From Felis catus (Eukaryota): 64,000 nt of DNA. Positions 37,941 to 50,824 of this stretch are shown piece by piece. Location: assembly GCF_018350175.1 (NCBI RefSeq), contig NC_058368.1, forward strand, positions 60,576,001 to 60,640,000, given 5' to 3'. Each line of letters starts with the position of its first letter. Position 1 is the stretch's first letter. The position numbers were made by a program, and so were the translations under genes. The notes beneath the pieces are model-generated. The model was not told the DNA's origin, made no database searches, and saw only the letters and a program-made list of their open reading frames with translations.

Positions 37941-39689
37941 TAGAGACTTCCTTAAGTCTCTATTGCATGACCTGATCTTCTCTATTAAACCTCAGTTCCA
38001 ATGATGCCATCAAAATTGCACTTGATTTCTCTTGCCATTGTCCTCTGCCTATTAATACTCATGTATTCATCATGTAAATATTACTTATTATATATTAACC
38101 TTTGTCACTCCCGTTGCCTGAGCAAACCTTCATGATTCTTCAAGACCAATCCCAGAAATTGACATTTGTATGACTTACTTTCATTACTGCAGCCCTCATT
38201 GATATTTTCTTATCTTAAATCCTGAAATCTCATTCACTGAACATTTATTTGTTAAATAGGAATTTATATTATAAAATATATTCCATAATTTGTTACATGT
38301 GGGAACTCTAATTCTGTAGGAAATAAGAGTCATGTGTATAGATGAATTGCAATATTTTATAGGAAAACTATTACTGTTAATACCATTATGTGTTATATAA
38401 TACTCTAATTCACTTACATAATACTTTTTTACTTCTTAATTTTATCATGCATTTCTCAAGGGAAAGGAATATCTTCTATTTCTATTTTGTAATGTACATC
38501 AATTATTCACAATGCTGAGCACCTTAAAGGGTACAAAAGAATATTGTTTGGGTAACTGAACAAAAATAATGTTTATTGTTACTTGAAACTTTACAATATT
38601 CAGAATATTTAAATCTGACCTCTACTTTGAAAACATGTTTAAGATATTTTAAAAATTAGAACTGCAAAAGCAATGTTATATATAAGAGTTCATAGCAAAA
38701 CCATTCGGAGTTGTATTAAGAAGGAGAAGATAATAAAATGTTAAAGATGGATAGAAATTAAAAATAGAATGTTAAAGATGTTAAAGATGGATAGAAATTA
38801 AGAGATGTAGTAAAAAATAAAGTGCTCTGATTCCTATCCTGGGGGCAAACTAACATCATACTAGCTTTCCCTAAAACCAACCACAGAGACACTTCAGAGA
38901 AGGGCAACATGTATTTCAGGAATAAGCCAGAAATGAACACACAAAGATAATATTTTTAGGAACACTTGGGTAGACTTAATGCTATCTTGAACTAGAGTTA
39001 TGGATGGGAATGGAGATAACAGCGTCACAAGAATGGTAAGATTAAAGAAATAATTTAAGTTTACCTTTTTTCATTCTCTTATGTTGGTGCTTCACACAGA
39101 ATTTTTCTGCACAGATTCTGATACAGGGGAGGGGAGAACCCAATACAGTGTAAATGTCCATTGAGTTAAGGAATCTATGAAAATGGATGCTTATGAACCA
39201 TTTGGATTGCCCTTGAGCATTGGTTCCTCAATTTTTCCTCCTTCAAGTCCTAAAAGCTGAGGAAACAGTGCTTTTGCAATGCTGCTTTTGCTAAGAGTTA
39301 AGTGGGGGGGAAATCTCACATTTGACCCAGAACTTGAGTAGTGTCAGAGACTGCCATGGTTCTTTGGCTCCCTTCCCTATTGTTCTGGCCACATATCTGG
39401 CTTTTAGCTCATTTCCAGGAAAGATGACCAGATTCAGTAGTAAATACTTTCAGAGAAACATGATTATATAAATAGTCAGCCATCTGAGAAATGAAAAACA
39501 TGATAAATAAACATGATAAATTTATCACCTTATTACCACCTGAAGTTGAATTCTTAAAATTAATGGATAAGGGTTTTACATATAAGCATTTAAAATGTAT
39601 ATAGATAGTTAGATAACAAAGTAATTTATTACTATGAAATAAAAATATATTAAAAAACAAATTATAATTATTGATCTATTGAAAATAAA

Positions 39690-41560
39690 TTTTCAATAGA
39701 TAAAATAAACAAAAAAATGATGACAGCTGAAGATCAATTGCTGAGCTGAAAGTTAAGATTGAGGAAATGCAATAGGAAAAGACAAAAATATTCTTTAATT
39801 TTAAAATTAAAAATGAAAAAAAATACTAAGAGATATCACAGATAGATAAAGAAGGACAAAATACAAAGTAATTGACATTGGAGATGGTAAAATAATACAA
39901 ATAAAAAGTAAAAAATATTCAAAAACACAGTAAAAATATTTTCCCAAATTAAAGATGAAAGACCTGAAATTTAAAACTATAATTTTGAATTCTATGACAA
40001 AAAGAAGAAAAGAAAAAATCCATATCTAAGTACATATTATTGAAATGTAAAAATATCAAATCCTAAAGAATGTAGAGTGCAAAAGCAAATTGTAAAGGCC
40101 TATCATTTATAAAGAAATAAGAAGCAGATTGATAACAGACTTCAATATTGAATGTAAGAAGAAAATGTAATAATGGTTAAGAGAGTTTTGAAGAAAAAGG
40201 ACTTTGAACCTAGAATTTTATATCCAATCAAATTGTCAATCAAAGGTGTGGATGTAAAAAAAAATATTCTCAGATATCCATGCTCCCAAATGATCTATCA
40301 CATAAAGATCCATAGTCAAACACTCTTGGAAAAGATACTCATTGAGAAGAGAACTAGGCCCAGAATAGTGTTGCAGTAGATATGATTATTGTCTATTGAA
40401 GAAATCCTAGTACAGAAGAATAGAGAGGTGGAAGAAGAGGAGGAGGAGGAGGAGAAGAATGTACTAGAATTAAAATCTTAAACATTAACATGATGAAGAA
40501 CAGATGATGGAAGAAAAAGGGAGAGCAAAAGGATATGTAAGCATGACATACAATGAAGTTTTGTTATAGAAAGATACAGCTATTATTTTTTTAATTAAGA
40601 TAAACATGAATATACATCTTAACTGCTATAAGAAAGAACATAGGTTACATAGCACTTCTAAAAATCTTAATATTGGATATGAGAAAAGAAGAAAAAATAC
40701 TGTAAGCGGAAAATAAGAGCAATGAGGGAAATCAGTCTTAAATATTAGCAATAATTAAATACATAGACATTGCCTAAGCTAAACTATTAAATTCTGATCT
40801 TTTAAAATTAAAAAAAAAACAACCATGGGACTCAGGCATCTATTATTTCCAGGAGAAACACTTAAAGAGGCATAGATATTTCAAACATAGTTAGTGGGAA
40901 AAAACATATCAGACAAATACCAATTAAAAGTCAAATGTGTGCTACTGTTGACAAAATAGAATTTAAACAAACAGTATCATAAGAAACAAAAGAAAATACA
41001 TGCATTAGTAAAAGAAATAAAAAGCAAAAACTTCTAATTATCATAAAACATATGCCTCTAACAATACATTTGCAAATATATAAAGCTACAGTTGAGAAAG
41101 GTATGAAGAGAACTAGGAAAATCCACAAGGGCCTTTAAAAAATCTCTCAAAAACGAATAGGTCAAATTGAAGTAAAGTAAGCAGTGTCACTGAAGATAAA
41201 ATAACATTACTAATTACAATTAATTCATATATATGCTATGTATAATAATTTATTAATTAGACATATATAGGTGTATGCTCTATCTACATATACATGTATT
41301 TATATGCATTTGTGCATTTAACAAATAATATCATTGATAAATTTACAGTATATGTAGAACTCCACAAGTTTCAACCACACACAAAACTTTAAAAGAATAT
41401 TAAATATATTTTATTTTATATTTATTTTAAAGATATTTTATATTTGATAAAGAGGTTTTCAATAAATTCTAAAAGCCAGTACAGATCCTATCTTTCTTTA
41501 ATGTAAGATCATGCAAATAATACTCTCTCCAATGCCAAAAATAATAATAACTTTAAAAAC
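39690..41560 (+). mobile_element. Ancient L1 (L1ME-type) ORF1 plus ORF2 endonuclease remnant
   Basis: ORF 40173 VLKKKDFEPRILYPIKLSIK matches L1 ORF1p LKEKNFQPRISYPAKLSF; downstream ttccaggagaaacactta (LQETHL-like) and gacaaaatagaatttaaa (DKIEFK). Confidence 0.75.
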
Positions 41561-41574
41561 ATCAATCTACTGAT

Positions 41575-41830
41575 GCAAAATTTATGTATTCACCCTAATC
41601 TCTTTTGAATCCAGACTTACAGAACCATTTGCCTACTTTGTCCTTCCACCTGAATGTTTAATAGATAGGTATCTCAAAACATACTATGTCCAAAATTTCA
41701 CTTCTGGCCCTTTGCTCCAAGTTGCTACACCCACCATTTGCCCCATCTCAGATGATGGCGATTCAATTGGGCTTTTACTGAGAGTTTGACTCATACCCTT
41801 CTCCACAGGTTGCATCCTGTTTGCAAATCA
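41575..41830 (+). mobile_element. L2 fragment
   Basis: tccacctgaatgtttaatagataggtatctcaaaacatactatgtccaaaa...ccccatctcagatgatggc. Confidence 0.7.
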
Positions 41831-42834
41831 TAATAGGCAGAATTCTCCAGGTATCACACTCAGAGATTGAGATTCTATTCAGGACATTTTAGAGGGAGTG
41901 TTCTTGTTCCTGATCAACACCTGTGGAGGAGTGAATACTAGATTAGCTGAACGGGGCACAGGAGAGGGTGGGTGTGGGCATAAACTCTCAGTCACTGCTT
42001 TTCCAGCAAAGTGAGTCTAAAGTTAGTCCTCTGAAGTGTATGGCAACTGCAGGTGTTGGTTTCAAAGGATATAGACATCCTAAGAATAAACACTCAAAAA
42101 TATGAAGTTATTGAAGATACCCACATACAGCACTGAAGGCTTCTACTAACTCTCCCCCAAGAGGAATTGGTGTGATGGATTTGCAAATCGTATTACCTTG
42201 AAGGTTATAAACACCCAGAGGACAGTTCCAGGTTGGGGACCTGAGAAAGCAAACTCTCTTTTGGGGCTGGCTGCTGTAATGGCAGAAAGGAACTCACACA
42301 GAAATAAAGTTGGGGCAGTACCACAATGTCCCTGAAGCTAGGTTAACAAATGCAATTTCATTCCACTGGAATCTACATTTTCCTGCTACCCATGCAAAAT
42401 ATTCATGTAGTTATTTCCCTCATAAATCATAAATTTCACTTATCTTCTCTGTTAAATTATCTGCAAGAACTCCATTCTTAACTGGTACTGGGTATCTGGA
42501 GATACTAGAATAATCTTTATAAATTAAAATACATGCGGTTAGGAAAGTTAGTTACAACAATGTATCATAAATGCTGGAAAAGTAGAGATCCTGCAAGCAA
42601 GCCAAGGAAACTTTTATTTATTTACTTAAGTAGTCTACCAGAGAGGCCAATTTGTTCAGTGAATTGTGGCTAATGGAAGATGCAGTAAAGTCTCAAATTA
42701 CTAACTCCAAGCTTCATTTCTTTCTGCTTCCACTACCTGCTGAATGGAAGGAATGTTAAAGAACATTGCAGTGGAGATGGGTTAAAGAAAATGTGGAAAA
42801 ATAATAAAAAAGAATGAAAAATTTTAAAATACTT

Positions 42835-42959
42835 GGTGAGCCTGGGTGGCTCAGTTGGTTAAGTGTCTGACTCTTGATTTCAGCTCAGGTCATGATCTCA
42901 CATTCGTGAGTTTGAGCCCTGTGTCAGGCTCTGTGCTGACAGCATGGAGCTTGCTTGGG

Positions 42960-43000
<41 letters not shown>

Positions 43001-43030
43001 ATAAATGAATAAAAATTAAAGAAAATAAAA
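42835..43030 (+). mobile_element. Can-SINE with long (CT)n
   Basis: cctgggtggctcagttggttaag head, (CT)n and A-rich tail. Confidence 0.95.
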
Positions 43031-44224
43031 ATAACAACACAGAAAAAGGGATACCTAAGAGTTGTCTATGCTTCTGGTTTTACCAATTGCTATCAAAGGC
43101 AAAATAGAGGGATATGTGGAACAGATGGTTATTTTTTCTATACTGAAAAGAACTGGTCTCAAAATGAATGAATTGATTGATCAATTTGCTTGTTTGTTAA
43201 TCATGACAAAACATTCTGTACCAGGAACTTACGTATGTGATTTTAACATCTTTTAAATATGATGATATATTCCTCAGTAACTTTCTATTGCAACAAAAAG
43301 AATGTTGATAATGATATTCAAATAAAATAGAAGGCTACATTTGTTTCAGAAAAATAGCATAATAATAAAAGAAACTCAGAGAAACCTATTTTGAAATAAG
43401 CAACCATCAGCTAAAGCTGCCCAAAGCACCTTAAAGCAGAAAGGAATACAAAACAAATAAGGCAAAGACATTACTCAAAAACATTTACTTAAGGCCAGGG
43501 AGCAGAAATGGCCATATTTTAAAGCTCTTCTACTTGAATTTATGTGATTAGACTGTTTCTATGCCATGAAGCAGAGTTGTTAGGAGTGAATTCCTTTCAA
43601 ATTGAAGCAATAATGTCCCTCAAGCAAACATTTGCCTTATTTCAACCTTTCATAATGACTGTAAATCAAGCAAACTATACAATGACAGAGATTAATTTAG
43701 AGTCAAAGCAAATAAAGATAAGAGCTATAGCAAACTCTTCTGGAAGCTTTGTCCAGCCAAACCTCCAGAGCTGAATGGTTTTAGCTGAAAATGGTTCTGT
43801 GATTTCCTTGGAATGTTTACTATTCATCAGAAAAACGAGCATTTTCAGAAAATTTGACTGAAGAGTACGCTAACAATCATTCTGGTAAAGACCCACTCCA
43901 TTGGCAAACTGAAATATGAGCTGCTCCAAATGGCTTGCAATCTAATAAAAGGTAGGGATCACTGCTGTCTTTGTTTGTTTTTCTCGCTGTTTACATTGGC
44001 TACTCTTAATTCTTAATTTTTCAGTGGGTTAGGTGTTAAAATAGTCTAAGGGAAGAGAAATGAGAAGGTAAACATTCTAAATCTTTTATTAGTTTAATGG
44101 TATAATTATACTGTATTTGCTGCTAAAACTTCAGAAACTGGCTACTGCGGATGCTGACATGATTAAATTAAGTAATGCATGTCCAACATACAGAGATTCA
44201 TTTATTATAAGTGTTAGGGGAAGC

Positions 44225-46900
44225 AAGGAGGATATTATTTAGCACCAACTATATGTCATGATTAAGTATCACATCAGATATGGTTTTTGTTAAATGTTTT
44301 TCAGATTAAGGAAGTTCACTAGTTGTGCTATTCTGCTAAGATTGCTAAGAAATTTTATACAAGTATTCCTTTTTTAATAAGCATATTTCATTTTATCAGA
44401 TGCTATTCCTACATCTGTTGAATTGAATGATTTTTATTTATTCTTTTAATATGGTATATCATGGTGATGTTTTTCGAATGTTAAAATGACATTATAATAG
44501 ATGAATAAAAATTCCTTATGAAGCAAATTCCTGTTCTGTAGGAAGGTTCAGTTCAGTGAACTCAGGTTTATTGAATTTGTTGTATTGCTTCATACTTTTG
44601 TATCTATGTTCATAAGGAGCATTTATCTTTTTTTTTCTTTCCTATAATGTCCTTGTCAGATTTGGGTTACAAATTTATTCTGGCTTTGTAATATACATTG
44701 CAAAATGTTTCTTCTTTTACTGCTCTCTCTAAAACCTCTAAAAATTTTTCTCAAGGATAGATGTTACTTCTTCCTTTACTATTTGGTAGTACGCACCAGT
44801 AAGTTTGGGGCTGAGGTTGGAATTTTCTTTGCAGGAAATTTTAAATATGCTTTATTTCTTTAACATTTATGAAACTTTTCAATTTTCTGTTCATTCTTGA
44901 TTCAAATTTGTGATCATATACATAAAGCATCTAAACTTCTAATTTACTGCATGATATTTAAGATCATTTTTTTAAATATCTATGAGTTCCATGGTGAAGT
45001 TCTTCCTTTCCTGATACTGCATTAGAGTGTTTTTACGTTATCAATCCCAGATTAATCCACTGGTATTATACTACTAAGAGAACCAACTTTTGGGCTAGTT
45101 CATTCTTGTTATTTGTTTCCTTTTCATACATTTCTTCTGTTTTTATTTATATTATCCTATATTTTATACAAAATCTCTTCTTTTTTTAAGTTTTTATGAT
45201 GAACACTTAGAGGATTGATTTTCTTTGCCTTTATTATTTTTAATAATTGTATTGAAAGTTAAGCTTTGGGGGCGCTTGGGTGGCTCAGTCGGTTAGGCAT
45301 CTGACTTCAGCTCAGGTCATGATCTCATTGTTTGTGTGTTCGAGCCTTGCATCAGGCTCTGAGCCTGGAGCCTGCTTCAGATTCTGTGTGTGTCTCTCTC
45401 TCTCCTCCCCTCCCCAGCTCATGTTCTGTCTCTCTGTCTCAAAAATAAATAAACATTAAAAACAAAAAGTTATGCTTTTTTTCTAGGCACAGGCTACATG
45501 TATATTGCCAATTTCCATATGCATTATTTTCATTATTAATCATTTCAATATTTCCTAATTTTGCTTATTATTTCTTCTATCCAAAGGTTATTTAGAAGTG
45601 CATTTCTAAATTTCCACAAATTTGGACTTTCCAGTGATGTTTTTATAAATTTAACTTCAGCTTATTTTACATCAGAGAAATACAATATATGATTTTGATT
45701 TTTTGAAATATGTTGACACTTACTTTATGTTTGATCAGTTGTATTGTAATTGTTCCATGATTATTGGGAGAAAAAAGATATATTCTGATATTGTAAGTAA
45801 ATGTTCTCTAAATTATCCTGCATTAGTGAATTTTCACAATGGAATTCTTTGTCTTCTTCCTGAGGATCACTCGTTAGTATTATTTTGGGTGCAGATCTAG
45901 GATAACAAACTGGAGATAATTTGTGTTTCCTTAAAATATCTTTGTCTCACTTTTCAATGGTTATTTCCCATGTATAGGATTTTAAGCTGGCAGATAGTTT
46001 TTTCAGCACTTTGAAAATACAATTCTTTTGTCTTCTGGCATTCAATATTTCTTTTGGGGTGTCAGCTGCTGTTTTATATGCTGCCCCTTTGAAAGTAAAT
46101 GCTATCCCCACCCCACCCTAACTAGCCCACTACTTTAAAAATGTCCCTTTGTATTTGGTTTTGGCAGTTTTAATTATTTTGTGCCTTAGTGTGCTTTTTC
46201 TTATATTTTTGCTTCTTAAGATTTGCTGAGATTCTTAAATCTCTAGCATTCTTTCATCAATTTTGTGAAAAACTTAATCCTTATTTTGTCAAATGTATTT
46301 TTACATGTCCCTATTTTCTTTCTTTTCCCCTTCTGAGACTCCTATGACATAAATGTCAGATAGTCTCATAGTAGTCTGTAGACCCCTAACCCTCTTTTCC
46401 ATATTCTTAAACTTTTTCATCTTTGTACACTATTCTAATTACTTCTGAGTTATATTCTTTTCTATTTTATCTACATACAGCAAGATCTAATTTACTGTGA
46501 AACAGAATTGTGGAATTTTGTTTTTCAATTATAAAATTCCCTGTTTGTCCTTCTGTAAATTTTCTAATTACCTACTAACATTCTCAAATTTGTCTTTTCT
46601 TTCTTGAGCATTTTACATTTAGTTATTTCTAGTAACTCCTTTTTACAGATACATTCTCTTGTTTTTGATCAAATAAACTTGTCTCCAGTGTACCTGGTCC
46701 TTTTCCATTGATTTTTAATATATCATATATAAAAAAATACATACATAATTTAAAACTCTGGGTATTTACATCTTCTTAAAGAGAGGATTTATATTACTAT
46801 ATACAGAAGGTTAGGGTATAGTATTTCAACAACATCATTGGCAATTTAGCAATATTATTCAGGACTGTAAAATTTTTAAACTGTTTTTCAGATCTTCTGA
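44225..46900 (-). mobile_element. Ancient L1 (ORF2 N-terminal half to ORF1), highly decayed
   Basis: T-rich L1-antisense motifs: cagattaaggaagttc, gagaaccaacttttgg, ggttatttagaagtg, cagcactttgaaaatac..ttgtcttctggc. Confidence 0.75.
45268..45465 (+). mobile_element. Can-SINE (SINEC_Fc-like) with small internal deletion
   Basis: TSD aaagtta(a/t)gcttt (45255-45267 / 45466-45478); ggctctgagcctgg lacks the tgtgctgacagctc segment. Confidence 0.95.
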
Positions 46901-47017
46901 GGATCAGATATTTCCAGTTCATACTTTCAGGTTTCAACTGAAATTCTTACGTGCTTACCAGCTAACCCTGACCTCCCAACCTTTATTGGCTTCTGAAACT
47001 CTTTCCTCCACCTAGAT

Positions 47018-47254
47018 CAGAAGTTGGCAAACTAAATTTTCTTCTCCTAAAACAGAAGAAATATCTGACATGCTGCTTGTTTTTGTAAATAAGATTTTAT
47101 TGGTACACAGTCATACCCATTCATTTACATAGTGTCTATGATTGCTTTTTCACAAACAATATCAGCAGAGTTGAAAAGTATAACAGAGACCCGAAGGGCC
47201 ACAGAATCTAAATATTTGCTATTTAATCCTTTACAGAAAAAGTCTGCTAATCCT
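47018..47254 (-). mobile_element. MER58A-type hAT MITE
   Basis: cagaagttggcaaact...tttgtaaataagattttattggtacacagtcatacccattcatttacat...cctttacagaaaaagtctgctaatcc. Confidence 0.85.
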
Positions 47255-47809
47255 AAAATTGGCAGGTGACCCTAACAGAAAAGCAGAGAACCCACATGCT
47301 TTATAGTCTCTGTTGACATTTTTTAGAGTGCCTTTATTAGCACTCTAAAATTTTGAAACAGCCCTGCATCCCCCAAGCTATTTATCCAGTCTTTCTCAGT
47401 GGAAGAGTCATCCAAAACACTTAGCTCAACATTGTCTGAAGTGGAAATCTCTTTTTTAGGCTCTAAGAGGAGAAACAGAGGGTCAGCTTTAGTAGGCAGG
47501 CATTTAACGTAGTTTGGAATGTGTAAAGCAGGATGCTAAAATCTGTTGGGTAATATACAATGTAGTAAACCCCTTATCTTGATGAATTAAAATCGATTTG
47601 TAAATTATGGAGTGATAATACATGATGCATTCTTTAATCCTCGCAGAATAAGTAGGATATGGTGGTCACACTAATTTGACCAAGACAGGCCATATCTGTG
47701 TTTTGTAAAGTCCATGGGGTCCTTCTAGATGTCTGTCTCTAAATGAGAATATTCACAAATGTTCATTAATAAAGATGAATACCAACAGGCTTGTGAATAT
47801 GACTTTTAC

Positions 47810-48390
47810 TTAAGTAGACTGTCAGCAACCAGGCTCTGCCACTTCCTAGCATATGCTTAAAGTTTCTAAGCCTAACCATGTTTGGCCGTTTTAAAGTGCA
47901 CTTAATAATACTTTGCAGAATTACTTGAGAATTAAATGAAGTGGCATGCACAACATGCCTACCAGAATGCCAATCCCTAGTCTCCTTTACTTGCTTTGAA
48001 ATGAGATGCTGGAAATGAACCCCCACTCTGCTTTACATTAGAATAACTGGGAGTTAATGCCGATGCCTAAACTGACCCAGACCGATTAATTCAGTATCTT
48101 CCAGGGTTAAGTCATGGTATTCCCAAAGGATTCCTCTGTTCATCCAGCCTTAAAAACCACTGAACAAGTAAAGGAATTTCAACTTTGACAGATCTGGGTT
48201 CAGATTTTGTCACCATTGGTTATGTGTGATCTTTGCTCAACTTTACTTTATCATTATAGGGTTATATCTTCATTTTCATATTTATAAAGAATGGACACAT
48301 CACCTTCCAAAACTACTGAGGAACTAACAAATGATAGACGTAAGTGTTCTGGCATACAGTAGTTTCTGAATACGTGGAAGCTTTCACTAA
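47810..48390 (+). mobile_element. Cluster of two MIR fragments flanking a MER5-like remnant (~48030-48165)
   Basis: ccaggctctgccacttcctagc; gacagatctgggttcagattttgtcaccatt; MER5-like end cagccttaaaaaccactg. Confidence 0.6.
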
Positions 48391-48594
48391 TTTTTCTCTT
48401 ATTAGTCCCTTCTCTCCTGACTTCAATTTAGGTTTCCATGACTCTGTATTTCTATCTTGATCATTTTCCTGAGTTCTAGATTTCACTAGTGACTTGCAAG
48501 GCTGCTTACTTCTCATCACTCTTTCCATTAATGGCTTTGTAGGTTTTTCTTAACCATCAGATCTAAAGTAGCCATTGGTATGCAATGATTCTCA

Positions 48595-48598
<4 letters not shown>

Positions 48599-48638
<40 letters not shown>
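48599..48638 (+). repeat. (TG)n microsatellite at SINE tail
   Basis: About 20 TG units seen directly. Confidence 0.97.
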
Positions 48639-48640
<2 letters not shown>

Positions 48641-48641
<1 letters not shown>

Positions 48642-48760
48642 AAGTAGGCTCCACGCTGGGTCTGAAGCCCACTTGGATCTTGAACTCATGATCCTGAGAC
48701 CAAGACCTGAGCTGAGATCAAGAATCGGATACTTAACCAACTGGGCCACCAGGGCACACC
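48641..48760 (-). mobile_element. Short, old Can-SINE lacking the (CT)n region
   Basis: cttgaactcatgatcctgagaccaagacctgagctgagatcaagaatcggatacttaaccaactgggccacc. Confidence 0.85.
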
Positions 48761-48800
48761 TGTATTTTTCATATTACTCAGCCCTCCATTAAATTATCTT

Positions 48801-48802
48801 TG

Positions 48803-48835
<33 letters not shown>
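48801..48835 (+). repeat. (TG)n microsatellite
   Basis: Seen directly. Confidence 0.95.
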
Positions 48836-48841
<6 letters not shown>

Positions 48842-49353
48842 TCCTTTCTCTCACTGTATGAGATGTGAGCCTTATCATCATACTTTTTAATTTTACTCTT
48901 AGTGCTTAAACCAGAAATGGCTTACAAGGTGTCCAATAATTACATGTAGACTGAGTGCTTTAAGTTCTGACTTAAAACTTCAACTAAAAAACATTATGGT
49001 TGCTAACTCTATACATAATTACTCAAGTTATGTGAATTAGGTGTGCATGGTGTATCTGTGAACCAACTAACACTTCTTTTACAATATATACTCCTTGAGT
49101 TCAGAGCCCATTTATTATGCATGTTGATTCACTCAGTCATCTAGCAATGAATGTTAATAAATAAAACAAATTTGTCATATCAGAGGCAAAATGGCTGCCA
49201 AGAGCCAAAAAAATTAGTTAAGACGTATGAACTGTACTAAAATTATTAGAGCTATGTTTGTGTTGGGATTCTGTTAAAATATAGAGATACAATAGACTAT
49301 ACTAGATATGGTTTTATACTACTGAGGTAGAGAGAAAATTCCAGTTGGGCCAC

Positions 49354-49850
49354 TGTAGCAAAGGTTCTTTGTGTCCAACTCATATTCCTGGGAACTTTCT
49401 GTCTGCTTCTGTTATAATCCTACTGCCAGAATTTACATTTGTGTAACTGAAGTTTCTTTTTCTTTTTTCGTCAATGCAAAGAAAGACTGTCCACATGTGA
49501 TTGGCCCAGGAATTAAAATCGACCTGAGCATCCCTCACCTAATGACTTAGCATTGCTCTAAATGCTAGCATTTAGCTAGCACCTAAATGACTAGCATTGC
49601 TCTAAAATTGTTCCAGCTACCTTGTCTGCTGGCTGTGATACTTCCTTGGTGTGGCATTTACACTGTTTATCAATTTTCTCATTATATTAAGTCAAGTTGC
49701 CCACAGTGTTAGCTGGCTAATAGTGAATTTTTTATACTATCTTTGTTTCCCTGTATCACTTCTGCAGGCCCTACCAGTATTAATTATGTTTCTCAAGAAC
49801 ATTACTTGGATTGGAGCCCTACTTTTAGGGTCGTCCACTTATCAGCTCAG
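49354..49850 (+). mobile_element. LTR16-family solo LTR, decayed
   Basis: tgtagcaaaggttctttgtgtccaactcatattcc start; aagttgcccacagtgttagctggct and ttccctgtatcacttc motifs. Confidence 0.6.
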
Positions 49851-49879
49851 TAGTTTAGAATAAATGATTTTTATGGATG

Positions 49880-50086
49880 AGGGGGTGGCTCAGTTGGTTA
49901 AGTATCTGACTCTTGATTTCAGCTCAGGTCATAATCTCATGGTTCCTGAGATGAAGCCCCATGTTGGGCTCTGTGCTGACAGCATGGCACCTGCTTTGGA
50001 TTCTCTCTCTCCCTCTCTTTCTCTCTGCCCTCCCCGACTTGCACTCTCCCTCTTTTCTTCAAAAAACATTAATAAACTTTAAAAAA
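49880..50086 (+). mobile_element. Can-SINE
   Basis: ggggtggctcagttggttaag head, CT-rich body, aataaa tail. Confidence 0.94.
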
Positions 50087-50089
50087 GAG

Positions 50090-50240
50090 AGTTTTAGAAT
50101 CCCACATTTGCCTCAGTTTGCTTATCTATAAAATGCAGATAAAAAACTATCTCTTACAGGTTTGCTGTGAGATTTGAAAGAGTTGGTACATACAAAGCAC
50201 CTAAAAGAGAGCCTGGCATGTATTAAATACTCAATAAATG
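50090..50240 (+). mobile_element. MIR
   Basis: gcctcagtttgcttatctataaaatgcagata...gcctggcatgtattaaatactcaataaatg. Confidence 0.8.
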
Positions 50241-50606
50241 GCACTGAGTCTTTTTATTGTCTAACTTCACTTTGACTAGTGCCAAGTGCTCTGCATATAT
50301 TATCTCTGTAATCTTTATAACAGCCATAAACTGGCACTTAAAGGGGTGAAGTAACTTTACCTAAAGTCTTAGAGCAGATTTGAAAATGGAAGCTGAGTCC
50401 ATATCACTCCCTGTAGAAAATTCTTAAATGAAGATTTTTTTAGCATCATTTTTAATTTCATCTTATTATGAAATTATTTAGCTTATTTGGCCAGTAACTT
50501 ATAGATATCTGATGATTAGACAGTTAAAGCAAGCATAGATGTGATATAAATTTGAAAAATAGTTTTTAAAATTTCAGAATGCACACGATTCACTTGGGTG
50601 ACTTTT

Positions 50607-50824
50607 AAAATTTTTTTTTCAACGTTTTTATTTATTTTTGGGACAGAGAGAGACAGAGCATGAACGGGGGAGGGGCAGAGAGAGAGGGAGACACAGAATC
50701 GGAAACAGGCTCCAGGCTCCGAGCCATCAGCCCAGAGCCTGACGCGGGGCTCGAACTCACGGACCGTGAGATTGTGACCTGGCTGAAGTCGGAAGCTTAA
50801 CCGACTGCGCCAACCAGGCGCCCC
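50607..50824 (-). mobile_element. Very young felid SINEC_Fc
   Basis: Near-identical to the 19216-19451 copy; TSD tgggtgactttt (50595-50606 / 50826-50837). Confidence 0.98.

Noticed and set aside
41840..42330. Possible additional LTR fragments
   Set aside because: Some LTR-like words (gatcaacacctgtgg), but no termini or family I can support
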